This document shows, in pieces, positions 12,036-22,800 of a DNA stretch of 64,000 nucleotides. Both the position numbers and the translations under genes were made by a program. The first letter of the stretch is position 1. Each line of letters begins with the position of its first letter. The notes under the pieces were generated by a model. That model made no database searches. It had not been told where the DNA came from and worked only from the letters and a program-made list of their open reading frames with translations. Origin of the DNA: Azolla caroliniana (lineage: Eukaryota > Plantae > Polypodiophyta); NCBI GenBank assembly GCA_043228905.1, contig JBHGNT010000021.1, forward strand, positions 10,664,001-10,728,000. The letters are read 5' to 3'.

Positions 12036-12557
12036 GTGAAGAGGCGGCAATGGAGGAAGGAGATGGAAGACGGAGACATCGCGGAAGTAATTACGAGAAT
12101 GGCAAGGGATTTCGCAAGAAGGAGAGAAAGACGGGAAGAGGCGTACAAGTACGATCGACGCGAGTTCGATCTATGGGTGTCGTCGTCAAAGGCTCCTCGA
12201 AGCGCAATGAAGGCATTCCGGGAGTTCGATCTCCGGTTTTCCCAACTTTCAGTCCGGGATCAAGAATCGGTGGGGGCGGACAAGGTCCCACTATTCTTGA
12301 AGTTGGTCAACGAAAGGGGGAGAATGGCCATTTTTCCCTACCTCGAAGACGATGAAGGGGCGTACGGCCTCACCGAAGATTGGAACGAGGTGGAATGGGC
12401 GTGCATACAATGCAATGAGAGGCGGTCGGCCACAACGCGGCGCGCGAGCGGCGGAGAAGAGAGAGCGGCGACCAACTATGCACTACCGCCGGAAGAGAGC
12501 TCAACGCAAATCGGTTCGGAGGATCTCGACATCGAAGCCTTGGTGCGGGAAGCGTAG
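12036..12557 (+). CDS. Shortened gag-like ORF of element B
   Basis: FD.WV......AM.AF.EF..RFSQLS.R.Q..VGADKV.LF...LEDDEGAYGLTEDW aligns with the element A gag. Confidence 0.65.
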   Translation: MKRRQWRKEMEDGDIAEVITRMARDFARRRERREEAYKYDRREFDLWVSSSKAPRSAMKAFREFDLRFSQLSVRDQESVGADKVPLFLKLVNERGRMAIFPYLEDDEGAYGLTEDWNEVEWACIQCNERRSATTRRASGGEERAATNYALPPEESSTQIGSEDLDIEALVREA

Positions 12558-12937
12558 GAGATCGTAGAGACACATATCGAAGCCGAAGAAGGGCTTATTG
12601 CGGAGTCGGGCCCGAGCAGATCGGAGGATGAGGAGGCCGAAAGAGAATGGTACATTGGTACCATGGGAGAGGATGCGGAGCGAGCCACCCTCTCGACATG
12701 CGGAGAAAGATCGACCGAGGACGAGGTCGGGGACGGTGAGGCGGCGATCGCCGATTCGAGCGGACATGAGGGAGTTCGGGCATGGAGGCCCGAAACATCG
12801 AGCGGGGAGAAGACGGGCGGTGGTGCCGCAACCTTACGCACACCGGGCCTAGAGACTCCAGCAACCGGCTCGAGAGCCGGTGTGAGACCTAGAGTGACGG
12901 GCGGCAAGGCGGCAAGGCGGGCGACCACGATGGTGAC

Positions 12938-15292
12938 ATGGGAGAGGGTGCAGAAAGAGTGACCCTCTCGTCTTGCGGTGAATGGACGGCCATGGAGGCC
13001 GGTAACTACGGATTCGGGACATGGCGGCCCGAAACATCGAGGGAGGAGGAGACAAGCGGCGGTGCCGCGACCTCACACACACCGGCCCTAGAGGCACCAG
13101 CGGTCGGCCCGATTGCCGGCGTGAGACCTAGAGCGACGGGCGGTGGCGGCGGCAAGGCGGGCACCCGAGACAACGGTAAGGAGACTGTGGAAGAGGAGGC
13201 GGCAAGCATAATTGATGCTTGCATATACAGAGGCGGGGTAGCCACGGACGACGATGTCCGAATGGAGGTGGCTACGGGCATAGCATCGATGAGCAGCGGC
13301 GTTGCTACCTTACACACACCAGTTCAAGAGACCCCGGCGGCCGGCCCGAGTGCCCTCGTGAGACCTAGGGTAACGAACGGTGGCGGCGGCAAGCCGGGCG
13401 ACCATGGCGACGATGTGGGAGAGGGTGCGGAGCGAGCGACCCTCTCGACTTGTGGAAAGAGGACGGCCATGGATGGGGCCGATATCTACGGAGCAATGGA
13501 CGCCACTTTGAGAGTGGGCGAAAGTTTCGGGACGCGGTTGCCCAAAACGTTCTACGAGGATTTCGCGAGCATACTCGAGGCTTGTGAAATCGAGGAAGAA
13601 GAGAAGACGAGCGGCGGTGCCGCGACCTTCCACACACCGGCCCTAGAGACTCCGGCAACCAGCCCGAGAGCCGGTGTAAGACCTAGAGAGACGGACGGTG
13701 GCGGCGGCAAGGCGGGCAACCGAAATGACGAAGAGGAGGTTTGTAGCAGACGGAGGCGAGATCCCTCGACACCAGGGCCGGAGACTTCGGCGGTTGCGCC
13801 CGAGCGCGGACATAAGACCGGAGAGATGGGCGGTGGCCGTGAGGATAGGAGGCCTAGTGGGCACGGTGATCACGGCTTGCTAGAAGACCGAGAGCGAGAG
13901 GGACCTTCCACACCCATTCTAGAGACTTCGGCGGTTGCGGATCAACGTGAGACCGGAGAGACGGCGGGTGGCGGCGAGGAGTCGGAGGCCGAAGCGGACA
14001 AAGTTATCGGAGCGGGTATCCGGTATGAGATGATGGACGAGCGGGTCCAAGATGGCGAGCCCGGGTCGGAACGGGCTACGGTGACAAAGGAAGAAGTGGT
14101 CGACGCGGAGGTCGGGTCTACAGCGGATGAAGGGCGTAACACGAAGCATGCATTATGGTCGGTGAAGGGCCCAAGAACGAGCATGCATCCGAGAGAGCGT
14201 CAACGAGTGACCGGAAACGGTGGACCGATTGAGCCTTTGAGAGGCGAGGACTCGGTGGTGGACCGAGAGTGGGAGGAACCCTCCACAGCTACCCGTGAGG
14301 CATCGGTGGTCGCGGATCGAAAGGAGAACGAAGAAACGGTGGGTGGCGGCGAGGAGTTAGAGACCGACGCAGAGGTCGGGTCTACGACAGAAGCGCGACA
14401 TGAGACGCATGCAATACGGCCGGTGGAGGGCCAAGACACAAGCATGCATACGGCGGATGGGCAACAACGATTGACCGACGATGACAGTCGGGTCAAGCCT
14501 TCGAGAGGCAAGCGTGGGACGAAGGACGGCGCGGCGAAACACCAAGACCGACGACATGGGCCGTGCGCGATCGGCATGAGCAGAGAGTCGTGTCTTGAGA
14601 ACCGAAGAAGGTGCGCGGAGAGCAACGGGCTACGCGCCGGGAAGAGGAAGCGCGGCTTCCCGGAGGGCATGCAAGGCCAAGCGGGCCAAGAGGGCGCAAG
14701 TCGAGGCGAAGCGGTAACGAGAGCCTCGAGGGACACCGACACGGAGGTCGGGATGACATTACGCTCTACCGCGAGAGAGCACGGCGAACAACGGGGAAAG
14801 CCTACAAAAGGCAAGCGCGGAGCGGAAAGAATCGACACGCCGAGGTGTGCAGCAGGCAAAGGGTGGAATCCGGCATGCGACCGGGAGCGCATCCGGAGGA
14901 TATACGAGGCGGACAAAGGAAGAGCAACCGGGTCGGTGACGGCGTTCGGGAGGACCGAACGGGGAGGAAAGCACGGGCATCGGATACAGCGGGTCAGATG
15001 TAGTCAGTGGTTCAAGGACCCACGGTGGACGTGGCGGATCGGGTGGAGGCAACGACTCGGCGAACATCGTCGAGTGTGCCGGATCGGATGGCGCCGACGG
15101 TTCGAGACCATTCGGCGAGGATGGTGGACCGGAAGGCGGCGGTGGCTCGTGTGGACGGGGTGGTCTTGCTCGAAGTGGAGGACAAAACTGGGCAAGCCCA
15201 CGAGGACACTAAGGACTCGGCCGTTCGTCGTGGCCGAAAATCTCGTGTTCTCTCCCCTATGTTTTGGCACATACCGGTGGATGTGCGGTTAG
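12938..15292 (+). CDS. 784-aa repetitive Gly/Glu-rich ORF2 of element B
   Basis: Repeated TPALETPA.GP.AGVRPR.T.GGGGK and ETSAV..RETGE modules. Ends just before the PPT. Confidence 0.4.
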   Translation: MGEGAERVTLSSCGEWTAMEAGNYGFGTWRPETSREEETSGGAATSHTPALEAPAVGPIAGVRPRATGGGGGKAGTRDNGKETVEEEAASIIDACIYRGGVATDDDVRMEVATGIASMSSGVATLHTPVQETPAAGPSALVRPRVTNGGGGKPGDHGDDVGEGAERATLSTCGKRTAMDGADIYGAMDATLRVGESFGTRLPKTFYEDFASILEACEIEEEEKTSGGAATFHTPALETPATSPRAGVRPRETDGGGGKAGNRNDEEEVCSRRRRDPSTPGPETSAVAPERGHKTGEMGGGREDRRPSGHGDHGLLEDREREGPSTPILETSAVADQRETGETAGGGEESEAEADKVIGAGIRYEMMDERVQDGEPGSERATVTKEEVVDAEVGSTADEGRNTKHALWSVKGPRTSMHPRERQRVTGNGGPIEPLRGEDSVVDREWEEPSTATREASVVADRKENEETVGGGEELETDAEVGSTTEARHETHAIRPVEGQDTSMHTADGQQRLTDDDSRVKPSRGKRGTKDGAAKHQDRRHGPCAIGMSRESCLENRRRCAESNGLRAGKRKRGFPEGMQGQAGQEGASRGEAVTRASRDTDTEVGMTLRSTAREHGEQRGKPTKGKRGAERIDTPRCAAGKGWNPACDRERIRRIYEADKGRATGSVTAFGRTERGGKHGHRIQRVRCSQWFKDPRWTWRIGWRQRLGEHRRVCRIGWRRRFETIRRGWWTGRRRWLVWTGWSCSKWRTKLGKPTRTLRTRPFVVAENLVFSPLCFGTYRWMCG

Positions 15293-16332
15293 GTGGGGGC
15301 GGATGTCGTGAAGATTTTCGTCCACGAGCGGAAACCCGAGCAACGAGAGCCAAGAGCGATGTGCAACGTTGCACACGTACATAATGTATTTGTAATAATA
15401 ATAGGGGTAAAGGGTATGGTGCTAGAAATGCCCCATAAGATCCCTAAGGTATAAAGGCGATGTGGTCTTGTGCGCACATCCACGCGAGAGAGAGAGAGAG
15501 GTACTATGCGGTACATAGGTACCTAGTTGTTTGTGAGGAGGTGGGAGTTAAGGGGCCATCAATCTCACCCTCCCCCATATCAAGGCAAATATCCCCTTTG
15601 AATGAAAGGGGATATTTTAGTCTCGTTTTTGTAAATGGTCTTCCCTCCTTGTGCTATAAAAGGAGAGGGAAGGCACCATTGTGAGGGTTGCCTATTTTGA
15701 GTGTGCGAGGTATACCACATAGGTCGAGCGTTAGGGTTAGGGTTAGGGCTTCTTCATCTTTATCTTCATCTTCGTCGGTTAGGGTTTCGGGTAGTCGTTT
15801 GGTGCGGCCTATGCGGCCACCATTTTGTAATCGTTCATTTCGTTTTAATACATCTTGTTGTTCATCTTGTCTCCATCTCCCTCTTGTTCGATCTAGTCTC
15901 TTGTTCATTCTTCTTCTTCTTGAGCAAAGCTTCCATTTCGTGTCTGATTCCTTCTCCTCTACTCCTTAGTCCAAGACCCCCGTGGTCCTGCCCTTCTCCA
16001 CGCACGCGCGTAGCAACGCGACAGCGTTATTCCTCGTAAAGGAATAATTTTGGGAGTTAATGTAGTAGGCTCATTTATGAGCATTCAAGTACTGACAGTA
16101 CTTGTGTCAACCCGATAGTCAAGGCTTGTATAAAAGGTGCTCACTAAGCATGGTGTATGTACAGAGAACTATTATTTTGAAATAGATTTGAGTTGTCTGC
16201 TCTGTCTCTGTCTCTCCCTCTCTATATCTCCATCTCTGCATTTTCTGTGTTTTACCTAACTATCTTATTCCTCCTAATTGTATACTTTGTGTTTACACAA
16301 CACGCTTCCGCATAACGTATTCTTTCACAACA

Positions 16333-18470
16333 TGTAACCTATGAATCAAGTTACTATCTAGAATTCAAGAGTGGGGCTGATAGTAAATGTGTTTGCACAT
16401 ATGTTCGACGGAAGGGCGATCTACTCCATGTGTGATCTCTACTCCAGCTACGACTAGTTCCAACTTGCGGTCAGTAGTCGAGATATCACCTCGATTAGGA
16501 CTCCTATTGGATTACTTCAGATGTGTACCTTACCTCAAGGTGCAACCAACTCAGTCGCTCACATGATGAATGGTATGCATGAAGTTCTCGGAGATTTTAT
16601 TCCTCACATAACCATGCCTTTCTTGGATGATATACCCATTAAAGGATGTGAGGAAAAAATGAAGAATGAAGAATTGGATAGTGGTAGATGTCGAAAGTTC
16701 GTCCAGGATCACATAGAAGATTGTAATAAAGTGCTTTCAAGAGTAGAGGAGGTACATCTAACACTTTCGGCTCCAAAATCAATATTCGGGGTTCAAGAAG
16801 TACTAGTGGTATGACATATGTGTGGGCCATACGGAAGGAAGCCAACACCAATGAAGATCAATGCAATACAGAATATGAAAGAGGAATGCAACTTTGTATC
16901 TGAAGTTCGGAAGTTCTTGGCTACATGTGTCTTCTATTGTAGGTGGATTCCACATTATGCCCACATATCAGATCCATTGTATCGACTATTAAGAAAAGGG
17001 GAAGCATTCGAGTGGACAGAAGAACACTCAAATGCAATTAGAAGACTGAAGGAGAATTTGGCGAAAGCTCCTACTTTGAAACAACCTGGCTACACCCGAC
17101 CGATAATTCTCACAATTGATTCAAGTCCGATTGGAATCGGGTGGGTGATAAACCAACAAGATAAGGAAGGAGAAAGAAATTTGATTTGATTTGGTGCGAA
17201 GGTACTTAGTGGACGTCAACGAAAGTACACACAAATGAAGAGAGAGCTTTGGGGGATAGTCATCGCTATCAAGACGGATAGGGACTATCTAGTTGGTGGA
17301 GAGGTGATTGTGGAGACAGATTGCTTGCCAGTTCTTGTGATTATTGCAAATTGAAATATTCCAGACCAAGCAATGCTTAGGTGGTGTGTCTACATCAAAA
17401 CCATCAACCCAGAAGTTCAACATATATTTGGTGAGAAGGATGCAATGACTGATATGTTGTCTAGAGTGAAATACGAAAATGAGGAAGTGGCAGAATCAAA
17501 TAGTGACGAAGAACAATCAGCTTTAGCCATAAATGCAATTAGAGGGGGTGAGCCACATGAAGAACATGAGTTTGAAGAAGAGGAATATAATGAAGAGTTT
17601 AAGGAAATTGGGAAGTATACAAGCACTATGGAAAGAAGGAACCGTGAGTGGGAGAAACTTCTTAAATTTTTGAAAGAAGGCACACCAATTTTTCTTGCAT
17701 CAAGGTTACCTTTGGCAGCACCCAAAGTGTAAAATGGGAAATCCACAACAAGGTATCTGTGGCGAAGTGCAGCGGGAGCAGATATTAAAAGAAAATTACA
17801 TGACATGGAGTGGGCTGGACATTGTGGAGTCTGGGCAACATTCAATAAAATAAAGGAAAGATATTGGTGGCCAGGATTTGGCAACGAAATCTAGATGTAT
17901 GTCAAGACATGCCCAACCTGTGAAATGTACTCCAACTTTAAGCATAGAGATGAGTTGCACCTAACCTACTCGCCGGCTATACATTACAAGCGGATGGTAG
18001 ATATAGTGGCAATGCCAATGGGGGCAGGTCAAAAGAAGTTCTTGGTACTTGCTAGAGAAGACCCTATGAATCAAGTTGAAGGAAGAACACTAAGATCGAA
18101 GACCACGTCGGCAATTCATATTAGAGGATATAGTATGTAGATATCTCAATTCATATTAGAGGATATAGTATGTAGATATTGAAGGAAGAACACTAATATC
18201 TCAATTCATATTAGAGGATATAGTATGTAGATATGGGTGTATAGGAAAGATAGTGGTTGATAGAGGCGAGCTCAATTCTGATGAAGCAAGGGAGTTCTTT
18301 GATAGAATTGGAATTCGGTTGTCATTGACAACAACATATAATCCTGAGGCAAATGGAAAGATAGAAAGATGTCATAGCCCGATAGTTATAGCACTTGGAA
18401 AGGCGTGCAAAGGTAAAGTAGGTAATTGGCCGAAGGTCTTGCCATATCCATTGTGGGCGGATAGGTTCCA
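16333..18470 (+). pseudogene. Degenerate Gypsy pol (RT-RNaseH-INT), Phygy/RLG1-like; candidate autonomous relative of elements A-C
   Basis: Motifs GRAIYSMCDLYS.YD, TLPQGATNSVAH, FLDDIPIKG, TIDSSPIGIGW, ETDCLP, DRGEL and YNPEANGKIER, with stops and frameshifts. Confidence 0.85.
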
Positions 18471-19529
18471 ACTAGCATAATACACTCGTTGATACCAGTT
18501 CGGTTTTGATAACTGCATTAAGGCGTTGTCGATTGTCGTGTCGGATGCGTAGATGAACATGTGAAATTGTTTTGTCCAATCTGGTGGTTGGACAACCAAT
18601 ACTTGAGATAACATTTTTTTCAAGGCCTAATATATCGTTTCTTTTATTTGCATCCAATTATATGATGTTCGATGGACTCTTGCATGAAGTGGCGTCGCAA
18701 AATCGGCTAGATATCTTAACATATGGTAATGCCACTGTATTTGGCTTAGGGCTTTTGCATTTTTCAGCACAGGTGCTTCTATTATGGCCTTAACTTTGTC
18801 TGGATCCACCACAATTCCTTCTTGACTCACAATGTGCCCTAATAGTGTTCCACTTGTTACTCCAAACGTACATTTAGTTGGGGTCAAGTTCAAACAGAGT
18901 CATAGATGGTCCAAATGATCTTCTTTTCTGTTGTAGACCGTGTAATCATCCATGAACACCTGCATTAACGTAGGAATATAGTCTCTGAAAATTTCCATGA
19001 TGATTGACTGAAAAGTTGTTGGTGCCGTTTTTAACTCGAACATCATGACCACCACTACAAAAACCCCCCATTCGGTAATCAATGTTATCTTTTCGTGATC
19101 TTCGGGGTGCATTCGTATTTGGTTATAACCACGAAAGCCATCAACAAAACTATAGAGCTCAAGTCCGACCATTGCATCTAGAACACTATCGGTATAGGGT
19201 AACGGAAAAGCATTTGTGACCGTTGCCGAATTCAGTTTCCGATAGTCGACGCATACTTGAATCTTACCGTTCTTCTTGGGTACTATGACAATTGGGCTTA
19301 GCCATGTCGCCCTTTCCACTAGTCTAATAAAGTCTACGTGAAGCAATTTGTTGATTTCTTCGTTTACCTTGACTACATAATTCGGATTAATCTAGTAGTG
19401 TCACTATTGTATTGGTTTTACATCCTTGTGAAGATGTATTTGGTGATGATAAAGTATTGGATCCAACCATTTCATATCCTCAAAAGACCATGTGAACACA
19501 TCTTTATATTTTGTTATTAGTTCAACCAT
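18470..19529 (-). pseudogene. Degenerate Gypsy RT/RNaseH fragment of a second (Athila/Tat-like) lineage
   Basis: Motifs WLSPIVIVPKKNGK..VCVDYRKLN, GYNQIRM, FMDD and LLGHIVS.EGI.VDPDK. Confidence 0.85.
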
Positions 19530-19882
19530 TGTCGACAATGAGGCACGCGTACTACGGGGTCGCAGCGAATGACCTATTGGCAGGACGAATGAGCCTACGG
19601 AGAGGCAAGCAGCACGAGGATGAACCGGATCCAAGCAACATGGATAACGAGGACGACCGGTTCGGAGCGATTGGTGATCCAGATGACGAAGGGTAAGTGC
19701 GGGTAAGTCTTCTCCGGCAAGAGTCTATTTTGGCACATACCGGTGGATGCGCAGTTAGGTGGGGGCAGATGTCGTGGAGAAAACCATCCCTAGGCGGAAT
19801 CGAAGAATATCGGGAGAATCGGCGGTGTGCACCATGTGCACTTACCCTTGTAAAAACGTGTGAATAGTACGAGTCAAGTCGG

Positions 19883-22800
19883 AACACCTTTGCATTCACA
19901 AGTGGAAGGATTGCGCATTCCACTTATAGATTCCTTTTATAATCTTGCGATTTTAGACAATTTCCAAAAACTTGATACACTAGTATCACATGTTTTAAAT
20001 AGCATGTAAATTTTGCTAATTTTTGAGATTTAACAAATTTCTAAATGATAATTTCTAAAATTGAATAGTTTAGGGATAATGTTTAAATGTTGATGGTTTG
20101 CAAATATGAAATGTAGTTAACTTAAAGAAAATCACAATTATGGTCAACTCAAGGCACAAGTTAAGATTAATGGTTTCACCGTCTTGAGAAGATTAAGGTT
20201 ACATCTATTGTTAGACTTGAAAATGTTTTAAGTATAAAAGGTAATATTGCAATCCTTAATGTCATCATCTATAAATTAGTGCTCATTAACATCCATAAAT
20301 TCACAACTCAAGAAATGTAGACAATATTCATAAACAATTTTGATAAATCCACAACTCCTAAAATGTAGACGATATTCATAAATTGTCAAACTTTAGATGT
20401 GAACATTAATATATCAATTTGAACATAACACATAGTTATCAAGGTATCTACAATGTTATAATCTCCTTCCTTATAAGAATTCCCCTTCAAAATTTGTGAA
20501 GTAAATGGCATTTGCAAAGTTCAATTACCATCAACACAATTATTAATGGTTTTCTTCTAATAAATGAAGCACATATTTACCATAAGGTATCTTGTTGTGC
20601 AACATACATCTTTAAAAACCTCTTTTATTTGAAAAACAGCAAGAGTTTTAAACATGAACACGATATGTTGTATTGAATTGATGTAAAAAATAGAGTTTTC
20701 ATCATAACTCTATACAATATATTAAATTCATGTTCAAAGTTTTTTTACCGGATTTAAATAATAATAATAATAATAAATTAAGCTTGAGTTCATTGAAAAA
20801 CCAGGTTTTTCATCACAATTCAATACAATGTATCGAGTTCATGTTTAAAGTAATTTTTTCTAATTTAAAAAAAAAACATTTTCAATTTGTTTCAATTTTT
20901 TTATTTTTTTTCAAATTTTTTTTGTTTCTTTTTGTTTCTTTTAATTTCTTTTATTTTTTTTATTTTTTTTTATTTTTTATGGAAAAAATAATAATTTTAA
21001 ACATGAACTTGATACATTGTATCGACTTGTGATAAAAACTCAGGTTTTTTCATCACTTATTAAAGCTCAAAAACAAAATTCTAAGACAGAGACGAAATTA
21101 GTACTAAGAGAGAAATATTAGTACTAAGAAGAATTTAAGGTGTAGAACACTTGAGAAAAGAAGAGAGAGAGAGTGTGAGAGAGAGAGAGGGACTGAGAGG
21201 GAATGATGATGACATGAGTTAATCTACGACGTATCGAGTTCATGTTGAAAGTGTTATTTCCGATTTATTTTTTTAAAATAATTACATTTTTTCCTATTTT
21301 ATTTTGGCATTTTGTTTTTTTCTCTAAAAAGTTTTGAGCTTTAATAAGTGAGGAAAATAATATTTTATGTATTACAATGTATCGTCTAATGGTCAAGAGC
21401 TTGACCCATGTAGCATAATGTCATGGGTTCAAGTCCTACATATCACGACATGAACTAAGTTAACTTTTTTACATGAACTCGATACGCCTTTTCAACATGA
21501 ACTCGATACGGCGTATCGAGTTCATGTTTAAAGTCTAACTTTTTTACATGAACTCGATACGGCGTATCGAGTTCATGTTTAAAGTTTTATTTCCGATTTA
21601 TTTTTTTAAATAATTACATTTTTCCTATTTTATTTTGGTATTTTGTTTTTTTTCCTAAAAAACTTTAAGATTTAATAAGTGATGAAAATAATATTTTATG
21701 TATTACAATGTATGGTCTAATGGTTAAGAGCTCCACTCATGTAGCACAAGGTCAAGGGTTCGAGTCCTAGCATATCATATTATCAACTAAGCTAACATTT
21801 TTACATGAACTCGATACCCCTTTTCAACATGAACTCGATACGCCGTATCGAGTTCATGTTGAAAAGCTAACTTTTTTACATGAACTCGATACGGCGTATC
21901 GAGTTCATGTTTAAAGTTTTATTTCGGATTTTTTTTTTAAATAATTACATTTTTTCCTATTTTATTATGGTGTTTTGTTTGTTTTCTAAAAACAAATTGA
22001 GCTTTAATAAGTGATAAAAATAATAGTTTATGTATTACAATGTATGGTCTAATGGTCAAGAGCCCCACCCATGTAGTAGAAGGTCATGGGTTCAAGTCCT
22101 ACTATGTCATATTATCAACTAAGATAACTTTTTTACATGAACTCGATACCCCTTTTAAACATGAACTCGATACGCCGTATCGAGTTCATGTTGAATAGCT
22201 AACTTTTTTACATGAACTCGATACGGCGTATCGAGTTCATGTTTAAAGTTTTATTTCAGATTTTTTTTTAAAAATAATTACATTTTTCCCTATTTTATTA
22301 TGGTGTTTTGTTTTTTTTCTAAAAATAAATTAAGATTTAATAAGTGATAAAAATAATAATATATGTATTACAATGCATGGTCTAATGGTCAAGAGCTCCA
22401 CCCATGTAGTAGAAGGTCATGGGTTCAAGTCCTACCATATCATGACATATAAAAAAGTTAGCTTTTTTACAAGAACTCGATACTAACTTTTTTACATGAA
22501 CCCGATACGGCGTATCAAGTTCATGTTGAAAAGCTAACTTTTTTACATGAACCCGACACGGTGTATCGAGTTCATGTTTAAAGTTTTATTTCGGATTTTT
22601 TTTTAAAAATAATTACATTTTTTCCTATTTTATTATGGTGTTTTGTTTTTTTTCTAAAACAAAATTAAGCTTTAAGAAGTGATAAAAATAATATTTTATG
22701 TATTACAATGTATGGTTTAATGGTCAAGAGCTTGACCCATGTAACATGAGGTCATGGGTTCGAGTCCTACCATATCATGACATGAAAAGTTTAATTTTGG

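Larger units (their letters stand above)
11299..16023 (+). mobile_element. Non-autonomous gag-only LTR element B (4725 bp; LTRs 11299-12018 and 15304-16023; tRNA-Trp PBS; 4-bp TSD GCGT)
   Basis: Two 720-bp LTRs with roughly 15 differences by eye. PBS 12023-12040, purine tract AGGTGGGGGCGGA before the 3' LTR, TSD GCGT at 11295-11298 and 16024-16027. Confidence 0.93.
3975..16332 (+). mobile_element. Degenerate Ty1/Copia element (gag knuckle-PR-INT-RT-RNaseH, PPT, 3' LTR 11172-16332) interrupted by two nested LTR elements
   Basis: Motifs CWYCGKKGHKEREC, WYVDS, LWHKRFSH, LIHSDVWGP, YKARLVAKG, LLYVDD and KHIEVHYHF, with many frameshifts and stops. PPT TTGAGGGGGGGAG at ~11159-11171. LTR runs TGTTG...CAACA and is split by 11299-16023. 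Confidence 0.88.

Noticed and set aside
18112-18235. Three copies of AATTCATATTAGAGGATATAGTATGTAGATAT
   Set aside because: A local slippage or repair duplication within a dead integrase, with no sign of function.
19525-19534. TGTCG at 19530 as an alternative left end of element C with TSD CCAT/CCAG
   Set aside because: Only 3 of 4 bases match and the flanking host sequences are not contiguous, so this is probably coincidence.
21376-22780. Five functional tRNA genes
   Set aside because: A/B boxes and a T-arm are present, but I could not form convincing acceptor and anticodon stems. Treated as tRNA-like only.
21230-22790. CRISPR array (regularly spaced palindromic repeats)
   Set aside because: The intervening sequences are themselves repeated rather than unique spacers, the period is ~333 bp, there are no cas genes, and the context is eukaryotic.
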